32,478 nucleotides of DNA, taken from contig JBKJLC010000254.1 of the NCBI GenBank assembly GCA_046597055.1, forward strand, positions 1 through 32,478, written 5' to 3'. Positions within the stretch are counted from its first letter, which is position 1; each line of letters opens with the position of its first letter. The position numbers and the translations under genes are program-made. Positions 24,587 to 32,478 of this stretch are shown piece by piece. This stretch comes from Kofleriaceae bacterium. GTDB lineage: Bacteria; Myxococcota_A; Polyangia; Haliangiales; Haliangiaceae. The notes below the pieces were generated by a model. That model was not told the DNA's origin. It was given only the letters and a program-made list of their open reading frames with translations, and ran no database searches.

Positions 24587-25709
24587 ATGTCCCTCGAGAC
24601 CGTCGACGCGCGCCTCGTGCGCACCCAGCTGAAGGAGCTCGCGGCCAAGGCCGAGTCGCTCCGGAGGTTGCTTTGACCTCGACCCGAAGCGCCTGAAGAT
24701 CGAGGAGCTCGAGTCGCTGTCGGCCGCGCCCACCTTCTGGGAGCAGCCGGCCCGCGCGCAGGCGATCCTCAAGGAGCAGAAGCAGCTCAAGTCGATGGTC
24801 GGCGCCTACGACGCCCAGATGCGGGCGATGTCCGACGCCGAGGTGCTGCTCGAGCTGGCCGAGGAGGCCGGCGACGAGGCCTCGGGCAAGGAGGCCGAGG
24901 TGGCCACCGCCGCGGTCAGCAAGGCGCTCGACGATCTCGAGTTCCAGCGGATGCTGTCCGGCGAGTTCGACGACCACGACGCGATCGTGCAGCTGTCGGC
25001 CGGCGCCGGCGGGGTCGACGCCTCCGACTGGGCCCACATGCTCCAGCGCATGGTGATCCGCTACGCCGAGCGCAAGGGCTGGAAGGTCGAGATCCTCGAC
25101 GAGCAGCCGGCCGAGGAGGCCGGCATCAAGGGCTCGACCCTCCTCATCACCGGCGATCACGCGTTCGGCCTGCTGAAGGCCGAGCACGGCGTGCACCGGC
25201 TGGTGCGGATCTCGCCGTTCGACCAGCAGGGCCGGCGCCAGACCTCGTTCGCGGCGATCGCGGTGACCCCCGACATCGACGACGACATCGTCATCGCGAT
25301 CGACGACAAGGACCTGCGCATCGACACCTACCGCGCCGGCGGCGCCGGCGGACAGCACGTCAACAAGACCGACTCGGCGGTGCGCATCACGCACCTCCCG
25401 ACCGGGATCGTCGTGCAGTGCCAGAACGAGCGCAGCCAGCACGCCAACAAGGAGCGGGCGTTCAAGCTGCTGCGCGCGCGCATGTACGAGCACGAGGTCG
25501 CCAAGCGCGAGGAAAAGGCCGCCGCCGAGGCCAAGGCGCGGCTCAAGATCGAGTGGGGATCGCAGATCCGCAGCTACGTCCTGTTCCCCTACCAGCAGAT
25601 CAACGACCACCGGACCGAGGTCAAGACCAGCAAGGTCGACGCGGTCCTCGATGGCGACCTCGACGATCTGATCCGGACCTACCTGCTGCAGCGGTCCGCG
25701 CAGGCCTGA
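24587..25709 (+). CDS. prfB: Peptide chain release factor 2 (programmed +1 frameshift after codon 29; ~373 aa)
   Basis: SD GAGGGG and ATG 24587. In-frame CTT TGA at 24671-76; the +1 frame joins ORF 24795-25709, which has the SPF and GGQ motifs. Confidence 0.96.
24663..24677 (+). promoter_or_regulatory. RF2 +1 ribosomal frameshift cassette
   Basis: GGAGG-TTG-CTT-TGA-C: internal SD 3 nt upstream of the slippery CTT-T followed by the weak UGAC stop. Confidence 0.95.
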
Positions 25710-25732
25710 GCCGCGCGTAGTACCGTCCCGTC

Positions 25733-26536
25733 ATGGCTGACCGTGGCGGGTTCTCGATCGCGTCCGTGATCCTCAGTTACTTCCTGGTCGCGGGCGGCAT
25801 CGCGCTCGGGCTCATCGCGGTGATCCTCGCCGAGCCCGGCGGGCAAGCCGCGCTCTACGGCGCGCTCGCGGCGGGCGGCGCCATCGGTGGCTTCGTGGCG
25901 GCCCGGGCCAGCCGGGGCACCACTGTCCTCGAGCCGGCGATCGGCGGCGTCCTCGTGATCCTCACGATGGTCGGGATCTTCGTCGGCACCGAGCTCGGTC
26001 AGATCTTGTGGGCGTTCGCGAAGGACGAGGTCACGAAGTACGTCGGCCTCTCGGCGGCCGCCGCCGCGGTCGGCGCCATCGTCGGCGCGATCGTGTCGGA
26101 GAAGCTGTTCGGCCGCCACTCCGAGAGCAGCCTGGCCTGGCTGGTCCACGTCAGCATCGCCGTGCTCGGCGCGTGCTTCGTCGCCACCGTCGTGCTGATG
26201 GGCGCCGTGATCCGCGGCGAGCAAGAGAGCTCGACCCAGGCCGGCGTGTACTTCGGCGCGATGGGGCTGGGCGCGCTGCTGTCCGGCCTGGCGGCCGGGG
26301 CATCGGCGCCGCGGCGGTTGCTGGTGGTCTCCTTCATCGCGTCGATCGCCGGCGTGATGGGCTTCTACCTGCTGTTCCGCGAGCTGCCTGGCGTCAACGG
26401 CGGCACGACCGCCAACGCCAAGGACACCGACACCGCCGCCGGCTTTGCCATCATCGGCGTCGGCTGCGGGATCGTCACGTTGATCGGCGCGCTGATCGGC
26501 TGGAAGGCCATCGGCCAGCGCCACGCGCGGCGCTGA
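25733..26536 (+). CDS. Multi-pass membrane protein, 267 aa (apparent internal duplication of a 4-TM unit)
   Basis: About eight Gly/Ala-rich TM segments; GFVAARAS is echoed by GLAAGAS. Confidence 0.75.
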   Translation: MADRGGFSIASVILSYFLVAGGIALGLIAVILAEPGGQAALYGALAAGGAIGGFVAARASRGTTVLEPAIGGVLVILTMVGIFVGTELGQILWAFAKDEVTKYVGLSAAAAAVGAIVGAIVSEKLFGRHSESSLAWLVHVSIAVLGACFVATVVLMGAVIRGEQESSTQAGVYFGAMGLGALLSGLAAGASAPRRLLVVSFIASIAGVMGFYLLFRELPGVNGGTTANAKDTDTAAGFAIIGVGCGIVTLIGALIGWKAIGQRHARR

Positions 26537-26563
26537 CGGCGGCCGGGTCGGGCAAGGCGGCCG

Positions 26564-27079
26564 CTACCAGCGGACCGGTTCGGCCCGCTCGACCAGGATC
26601 GCTTCTTCGACCAGGTCGGCGGCCTCGAGCACCGCGACCTCGAGCGCGTCGGGCGAGTCGGAGATGAGCCGGTACAGCTCGACCAGCGCGGCGCGCTCGG
26701 CGTCGATCTCCTTCTGGGTGCGCACGCCGAGGCGGCGCAGCAGGGTGGCCTGCGGCGACCATCCGATCAGCGCGTGCGTGATCTGCGCGAGCTGCAGCCC
26801 ACGCGCGAGCAGGTTCCAGCGCAGGCGCAGGTGGCGGCCGATCTCGACCACCAGTGGCATCACCGCGAACCCGACCGCGAGCATCCGCTCGAGATCCCAC
26901 TCGCGATCGATCTCCTCGATGCGCTGCCTGATCGCGTCGGGACCCTGGCGAGCGATGCGGAACACCGTCGAGGCGGTGTTGCCGTCGATCTTGGCCAGCA
27001 CGCTCGCCGGTGTGCGATCGCGGATCCGGTCGACCCGCCGCGGATCTTCGACCGGCAGGACGCTCTCGTTGTTGCTCAT
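26564..27079 (-). CDS. Hypothetical protein, YgaP/DUF2892-like, 171 aa
   Basis: IEEIDREWDLERML..HALIGWSP..LLRRLGVRTQKEID resembles a recurring bacterial family; recognised by eye. Confidence 0.65.
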   Translation of the reverse strand: MSNNESVLPVEDPRRVDRIRDRTPASVLAKIDGNTASTVFRIARQGPDAIRQRIEEIDREWDLERMLAVGFAVMPLVVEIGRHLRLRWNLLARGLQLAQITHALIGWSPQATLLRRLGVRTQKEIDAERAALVELYRLISDSPDALEVAVLEAADLVEEAILVERAEPVRW

Positions 27080-27264
27080 GAGCCGAACGCGGCTGCATGG
27101 GCTGTTCCATGGCGATCACCGCCTCGATCGATGAGGCAAGCCAGCTAGATCACTTGGCTTGAGAGCGAGCGGCACGCGGCACCTGCGCACGGTGTGCGAT
27201 ATGCGCTCATCCTGATGCGCCAGCAGCGGCGCGGCTCCTGGCCGCACGCCGCGAACCCGCCGCT

Positions 27265-28470
27265 TCAGCTGGGCGGGAAGACGCCCATGGCGTTCAGCGT
27301 CTCGGCCAGGGCATCGGCGACGCGGTCCATCTCGAGACCGATCGTGATGCGGACGTACCCGGGGAAGCGCGCGTCGAGATCGCGGACGTAGATCGCGTAA
27401 TCCTCGAGCCGGCGGCACAGCTCGGCGGTGCGGCCGGGGACCTCGATGCACACGAAGTTGCCGGCGCCACCGGTGCGGACCGCGATGCCCCGGTCCTCGA
27501 GATCGCGCACGAAGCGCGTCCGCGCCTCATGGGTCTGCTCGATATAGGGGCGGTAGTGGGTGTCGAGCTCGTGGAGCGCGGCGAGCGCCGCGACCTGCGC
27601 GAGCTGGTTCACGCTCTTCGGGTTGTAGTGCGACCGCAGCTCGTCGAGCGTGGCCGGGTGCGCGATCAGGTAGCCACAGCGGACCGACGCCAGGCAGAAC
27701 GCCTTGGAGAAGGTGCGGGTGACCACGACATTGCGCAGCGTGACGGCGAGGCCGGCACACGTCATCGGCTTGCCGGTGCTCGGATCGATCTCGCCGAACT
27801 CGTGATAGGCCTCGTCGACCAGGAACATGGTGTCAGGGAAGCGCTCGGCGAGGTCGCGCACGGCCTCGGTCGACCACTGGATGCCGGTCGGGTTGTTCGG
27901 GGAGACCAGATACGCCATCGTTGGCCGGTGGCGCGCGATGCCGCTGGCGACGAAGTCGCTGTCGGCGACGAACGGATTGGCCAGCTCGAGGCGGATCAGG
28001 TTGGCGCCGCTCGCGAGCACGTTCACGCAGAAGTGCTCGTACGTGGGCGTCGGCGCCAGCGCTGACTTACCCTGACCGAGGAAGCCGTGGCAGAGCAGGA
28101 TCAGCGCGTCGTCGGACCCGTTGGTGACGATCAGGTTCTCTTCGCCGACGTCGCAGTACGCGGCCAGCTCGGCGCGGAGCGCGTCGCCGCCGGCGAGGTT
28201 GGGATACCACTTCAGGTAGGCGCCATCGGCGGACTGGATGTGCGCGATCATCGCCGCGCTCACGCTGGCCGGCGGCGCGATGGTGCCCTCGTTCCAGTCG
28301 AGCTTCAGGACCTCGGTCGGCGGAACCTGGCTGCGGGCGATCTTCTCGAGCGACGTCGTGGGGTTGTAGCGAGGCGAGACCCGCGGCGCGTGCCCCCGGC
28401 GAACGGACGCGAGATCGACGACGTCGTCCTGCTCGGGAACAGCAACGAGGTGAGCGCGGGACACAGCCAT
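27265..28470 (-). CDS. HisC/CobD-like PLP-dependent aminotransferase or decarboxylase (class I/II), ~401 aa
   Basis: KLDWNE, VTNGSDDAL, SPNNPTG, VDEAYHEF, RTFSKAFCLASVRCGY (PLP lysine). Confidence 0.88.
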   Translation of the reverse strand: MAVSRAHLVAVPEQDDVVDLASVRRGHAPRVSPRYNPTTSLEKIARSQVPPTEVLKLDWNEGTIAPPASVSAAMIAHIQSADGAYLKWYPNLAGGDALRAELAAYCDVGEENLIVTNGSDDALILLCHGFLGQGKSALAPTPTYEHFCVNVLASGANLIRLELANPFVADSDFVASGIARHRPTMAYLVSPNNPTGIQWSTEAVRDLAERFPDTMFLVDEAYHEFGEIDPSTGKPMTCAGLAVTLRNVVVTRTFSKAFCLASVRCGYLIAHPATLDELRSHYNPKSVNQLAQVAALAALHELDTHYRPYIEQTHEARTRFVRDLEDRGIAVRTGGAGNFVCIEVPGRTAELCRRLEDYAIYVRDLDARFPGYVRITIGLEMDRVADALAETLNAMGVFPPS

Positions 28471-28593
28471 GGAGGCTTCGATGTGCAACTCGCGGACCCG
28501 CGCTGTTTCAGCTACTTACACGTGAAGTAGTCAGGTATTCACCACTTTTTGACAGTTGTTCGACAGCCAGGTGACGGGCGCCAACCCTCACGC

Positions 28594-29373
28594 TCAGCTG
28601 GCGAGGGGAATCCGATCGATGAGCCGGGCTCGAACCTGCGGGCGGGAGCTGTGGATGAAGATGAAGTTCTCGATCGACTCTCGGCGGAAGTAGTCGGGAT
28701 CGCTGATCGTCGCGAGCGGCGTCAGCCGCTGGTCGCGCAGGAAGAAGCCCTCGTAATCCCGTCCGGACAGGAGCGCGCGCAGCTCGGCGACCGCGCGGGG
28801 GTGGTGGTGGTCGTTCGCTTCGATGAGGAGGGTCGGCCGCTCCCGGTCGAGCGTGCTGACCGCCCCGCGCAGCACCGCCAGCTCGTGGCCCTCGACGTCG
28901 ATCTTCATGAAGCCGACCTGGCGGAGGTCGTGCTGGTCGAGAGTCTTCACGTCGACGTCGATCTCCTCGACTCGCGCCACGTCGCCATGCGCCAGCGTGT
29001 TGCTGGCCTCGATGGTGGACCGACCGAACTTCACCTCGCCATTGCTGCCGTACGGGATGCGCATGCGGGTCCGGCCCGGGCTATCCGACAGCGCGCACGG
29101 CATGATGCGGACGCGCTGCTTCTTGAACACCTGCTGAAGCATCGTGGACAGCACCGGGATCGGCTCGAACGCCACGACGTCACCCGAGTGGCGGAGCAGG
29201 CGGTACGTGTACATCCCGAGCTTGGCGCCGACGTCGATGCTGGTCCTGGCGGGATCGCACAGGATGTCGAGCAGCTTCATCTCGTGCTCGTAGTTGGTTC
29301 GCTCCAGACGACGAAGCAGGAACATCAGCTTGGGGAAGCGCTGGTATCGCTTCTGCATCGGCGTCAGGGCCAT
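28594..29373 (-). CDS. FkbM family methyltransferase, 259 aa
   Basis: IDVGAKLGMYT, VVAFEP, ALSD, FMKIDVEGHELAVLRGA. Confidence 0.9.
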   Translation of the reverse strand: MALTPMQKRYQRFPKLMFLLRRLERTNYEHEMKLLDILCDPARTSIDVGAKLGMYTYRLLRHSGDVVAFEPIPVLSTMLQQVFKKQRVRIMPCALSDSPGRTRMRIPYGSNGEVKFGRSTIEASNTLAHGDVARVEEIDVDVKTLDQHDLRQVGFMKIDVEGHELAVLRGAVSTLDRERPTLLIEANDHHHPRAVAELRALLSGRDYEGFFLRDQRLTPLATISDPDYFRRESIENFIFIHSSRPQVRARLIDRIPLAS

Positions 29374-29465
29374 ATGGATTCACGGATTATCGCAGGCCGG
29401 CGAGCGCCGCAAGTCGGCGCTATGTCCGTATTGACGACCGCGGGCGGTTGAGAGTAACTCGCGCC

Positions 29466-30356
29466 ATGTCACAGGGGGAGCGGGTCCACCGAGTGCTGCG
29501 CGGCATCCTCACGCACTATCCAGTGCGGTTCGGCGCGGCGTGGATCAATCGCCGGCTCGATCGGTGGTTCGGCTCGACCGAGGCCAACTGGCTGCTCGCG
29601 CCGGGGCGCGGCGCGTGGCCAACAATGGTGCTCAACACGTCGACCAACCTGCAGCGGAAGTTCTTCTACTTCCCGAAAGTATACGGCCGGTTCTACGGCC
29701 AAGGCGCCTTCGCTCCCTACGTGGCGAGCAAGTTGACCCCGGGCGCGCGCTTCCTGGATATCGGCGCCAACGTCGGGTTCTTCTCGTTGATGGCGGCGCG
29801 GCTGGTCGGTCCCCAGGGTCACGTGTACGCGTTCGAGCCCGAGCCCGACATCTGCGAGGCGCTGAAGCGCAGCGGCCAGGCCAACGAGCTCGCGAACCTC
29901 GACGTGTTCCAGCTTGCGCTGTCCAATCGCACGGACGAGCTCACGTTCTATCGCGCCAAGGACGGGACCGCGAGCTCCCTGGTCCCCGAGGCGCCCGGCC
30001 GCGAGGGCCGCTACGAGCGCACCCTCACGACCCCGGTGACCACGCTCGATGATCTGGTGGCGGCCGGGAAGATCGACGTCACTGGCGTCGCGCTGGTGAA
30101 GGTCGACGTCGAGGGGGAAGAGGCGCGCACGATCGGCGGCATGCTGAAGAGCCTGGCTGCCGCGGGCTATCCGTCGATCTGGTGCGAGGTCCGCGGCCCC
30201 AAGGGATCGAGCCGCGCGCCGAGCACGTTCGTGCCGGTCCGCGACCAGCTCGCCACGCTCGGGTACCAGCCGTTTCGCTGGGAGGACGGCCAGCGGCACC
30301 CGGTCGTCGAGCACGAGGTGGTCCGCCGTACCGATATCCTGTTCGAGCGCGCATGA
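29466..30356 (+). CDS. FkbM family methyltransferase, 296 aa
   Basis: FLDIGANVGFFS, VYAFEP, LALSN, VKVDVEGEE; TTGACG at 29431 upstream. Confidence 0.9.
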   Translation: MSQGERVHRVLRGILTHYPVRFGAAWINRRLDRWFGSTEANWLLAPGRGAWPTMVLNTSTNLQRKFFYFPKVYGRFYGQGAFAPYVASKLTPGARFLDIGANVGFFSLMAARLVGPQGHVYAFEPEPDICEALKRSGQANELANLDVFQLALSNRTDELTFYRAKDGTASSLVPEAPGREGRYERTLTTPVTTLDDLVAAGKIDVTGVALVKVDVEGEEARTIGGMLKSLAAAGYPSIWCEVRGPKGSSRAPSTFVPVRDQLATLGYQPFRWEDGQRHPVVEHEVVRRTDILFERA

Positions 30357-30449
30357 CGCGCGCTGGTTCGGGCGAGCCGCGCCCGCGCGTCGCGTTGCCA
30401 GCCGCACGCCTCGGCCGCTAGTTTTCGCCGGCTCGACAGTCGAGTATTC

Positions 30450-31979
30450 ATGGAGCGCATTCGTCAAGCCGTCGTCGTGACCGCCGGCCGCCGGGCCCAC
30501 GACCCGGAGGTCTCTGGCCCGCGCGCGCTGCAGACGGTGGCCGGGGTGCCCCTCGTCAAGCGGACGATCCTCACGCTCCACCGCGCCGGGATCACCCGGG
30601 TGCACGTGGTGGTCGGCAGCGGCGGCGACGCCATCCGCCAGGCGGTGGTCACCGATCGCGACTACGCACGGGTCGGTGTCACGGTCGAGGTCGTCGGCGG
30701 GGCCGACGATCAGCGCGACGACGGCGCGGCGCTGCTCGCGGTCGAGGGCACGGTGTCGGGGCCGTTTCTGCTGGTCTCCGCAGATCACGTCCACGACGTC
30801 GGCCTGCTCAAGGCGGCGATGGAGGTCGACCTGGTCGCGGCTGATCTGTGGCTGTGCGTCGATCGCCGGCTCGAGCTCGCCGCGGCCCGGGGCGGCACCG
30901 TGGCGGTTCGCACCGATGCGGGCAGCCTGATCCGGGAGATCGGCGGGGCGGTCGCCGACCCCGACGCCCGGGCGGTGGGTGTGATCGTGGCCGGCGAAGC
31001 GCTCCTGCGCGGCCTGCGCGAGATCGTCGTGCGGCAAGGCGACGCCGCCGTGACCGACGGCATCCGCGCGCTGGCGGCCCGGAGTCGGGCCCGGGTGCTC
31101 GACGTGGGCGCGGCCTGGTGGCGCGCGGTCGAGACCGCGGCGTCACGCCGCCAGGCCGAGGTCGAGCTGCTGCGCTCGCTGACCAAGCCGACCGACGGCT
31201 ACATCGCGCGTCGGATCAATCGCCAGGTGTCGCGGCGGGTGACCGGGCTGCTCCTCGACACCTCGGTCACGCCCAACCAGATGACGCTGGTCGCCAACCT
31301 GATCGGCTACCTCGGCATCTGGCTGGTCGCCGGCGCGACCTGGACCCACGTGCTCGCGGGCGCGGTGCTGGTGCAGCTGCAGTCCATTCTCGATGGCTGC
31401 GACGGCGAGATCGCGCGGCTGAAGTTCCAGGGTTCGCGCCTCGGCGAGTGGCTCGACAACGTCCTCGACGACACGATGAATATCTTCTACCCGCTCGCGC
31501 TCGGCCACGCGGCTTCCGTGCTGTTCGACCAGCCGCTGTACTGGTGGCTCGGGATGGCGGCAGCTGGCTGCTACGTGATCAACAACGCGGTCCTCTACAC
31601 GCAGCTGTTGCTCCTCCACGGCAGCGGCAACCCGTTCCTGTTCCGCTGGTGGTTTCAGAAGGAGGATGCCTACCTGCAGCAGTCGCTGGCGGCGGCCGGC
31701 CTGCGCGGGCGGCTGATCGGTGTGTTCCACGCGATGGGCCGCCGCGACGCGTTCCTGTTCGCGTTCATGGTGCTGTGCGCGCTGCGGCTGCCGCACGTCG
31801 CCACCCTCTGGTACGTCATCATCGCCGCGTTCTCCGGCGCGCTCGCGATCCTGCATGTCCTCTGCGGCGGCCTCACCCGCGATCTGCGGGGCCGCAGTCC
31901 GGGCGCCGCGGCGGTGACCGCTACGGTGCTTCCAGCTCCTGGATCCGACGGTCGGCGCGGACCACCTCGCGCGTCCTGA
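30450..31979 (+). CDS. Fusion of NTP-transferase-like domain and CDP-alcohol phosphotransferase (IPCT/DIPPS-like architecture), 509 aa
   Basis: N-terminal AVVVTAG..PRALQTVAGVPLVKRTI..SADH; C-terminal VTPNQMT and the full motif DGCDGEIAR..G..LDNVLD. Confidence 0.88.
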   Translation: MERIRQAVVVTAGRRAHDPEVSGPRALQTVAGVPLVKRTILTLHRAGITRVHVVVGSGGDAIRQAVVTDRDYARVGVTVEVVGGADDQRDDGAALLAVEGTVSGPFLLVSADHVHDVGLLKAAMEVDLVAADLWLCVDRRLELAAARGGTVAVRTDAGSLIREIGGAVADPDARAVGVIVAGEALLRGLREIVVRQGDAAVTDGIRALAARSRARVLDVGAAWWRAVETAASRRQAEVELLRSLTKPTDGYIARRINRQVSRRVTGLLLDTSVTPNQMTLVANLIGYLGIWLVAGATWTHVLAGAVLVQLQSILDGCDGEIARLKFQGSRLGEWLDNVLDDTMNIFYPLALGHAASVLFDQPLYWWLGMAAAGCYVINNAVLYTQLLLLHGSGNPFLFRWWFQKEDAYLQQSLAAAGLRGRLIGVFHAMGRRDAFLFAFMVLCALRLPHVATLWYVIIAAFSGALAILHVLCGGLTRDLRGRSPGAAAVTATVLPAPGSDGRRGPPRAS

Positions 31980-32478
31980 TCACCGTCATCACCACGAGGT
32001 TCAGGGTCTGGCTGACGAACAGCGCCCAAACCGCCCAGCGCAGCCGGTCGACCAGCAGCGCCAGGCCGAGCCAGAACCACAGGTCGACCTCCTCGAAGCG
32101 CCAGACCCGTGACAGCATCGTGCCGAGCCACCGGGCCCACTGGGCGCGGGTGCGGACCGGCGGCGCCGCCACCGTGATCGGGGCCGTCTGGCGCGCGATC
32201 GCAGCGGCCGGATCGGTGCGCGCCTCGAGCCAGCGCACCCGCTCGGTCTCGGCCTGCACCAGCCACTTCATGTAGCCGGTCACCGCGAGCGCCATCGCCG
32301 AGCCGGTGGCGAGCACCAGGTAGTACGGCTCGCCCTGGCTCACCGTGACCTGCCAGCCGGTGGCCAGCATGATCAGGGTCCAGGTGACCAGGTCGCTGGC
32401 CTTGTCGTAGAACGAGCCGAGCCGGGTGAAGGTCCGGCGGTAGCGCGCGACGGTGCCGTCGAGGTGATCGAACAGCAC
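31921..32478 (-). CDS. CDP-alcohol phosphotransferase family protein (5' end outside the window)
   Basis: FDHLDGTVARYRRTFTRLGSFYDKASD matches DxxDGxxAR(x8)GxxxDxxxD, followed by TM helices. Confidence 0.85.
   Translation of the reverse strand: MLFDHLDGTVARYRRTFTRLGSFYDKASDLVTWTLIMLATGWQVTVSQGEPYYLVLATGSAMALAVTGYMKWLVQAETERVRWLEARTDPAAAIARQTAPITVAAPPVRTRAQWARWLGTMLSRVWRFEEVDLWFWLGLALLVDRLRWAVWALFVSQTLNLVVMTVIRTREVVRADRRIQELEAP

Noticed and set aside
27265..28470. Assigning the symbol hisC
   Set aside because: Family motifs do not distinguish HisC from CobD-like or other paralogs, and the context is not a his operon.
28506..28518. IHF-like site TTTCAGCTACTTA
   Set aside because: A single one-mismatch match to WATCARNNNNTTR is too weak to call without support.

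Overview
A very GC-rich chromosomal window. Gene content (FHA proteins, Ser/Thr kinase, poly-Gly lipoprotein, sigma54-like site) suggests Myxococcota; this is an inference. About 29 real CDSs are present, and most long ORFs in the track are GC-rich shadow frames. Core genes are purB-purC-purL (large single-chain type), purF, and prfB with an intact programmed +1 frameshift (internal SD GGAGG plus CTT-TGA-C). Accessory content: a degenerate adenylate-forming enzyme lacking the P-loop consensus and the A10 lysine; a wHTH-like/HhH-GPD-like 4-Cys protein; a Ser/Thr kinase-RDD, M23 peptidase, Zn-finger-FHA-wHTH and DUF481 gene run; an ArsR/MDR oxidoreductase pair with two shared operator palindromes; and, at the right end, a HisC-like PLP enzyme, two FkbM methyltransferases, an NTP-transferase/CDP-alcohol phosphotransferase fusion and a second CDP-alcohol phosphotransferase. 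This last group is a candidate undescribed phosphodiester head-group pathway. Two dispersed non-coding repeat families were found by eye. Family A (1-134 and 7768-7903, inverted) is highly structured and bracketed by REP-like inverted units. Family B (3734-3814 and 12433-12558, inverted) has a 45-bp internal tandem duplication and 20-bp flanking direct repeats in one copy. Many genes appear leaderless. No rRNA, tRNA, CRISPR array or transposase was seen.
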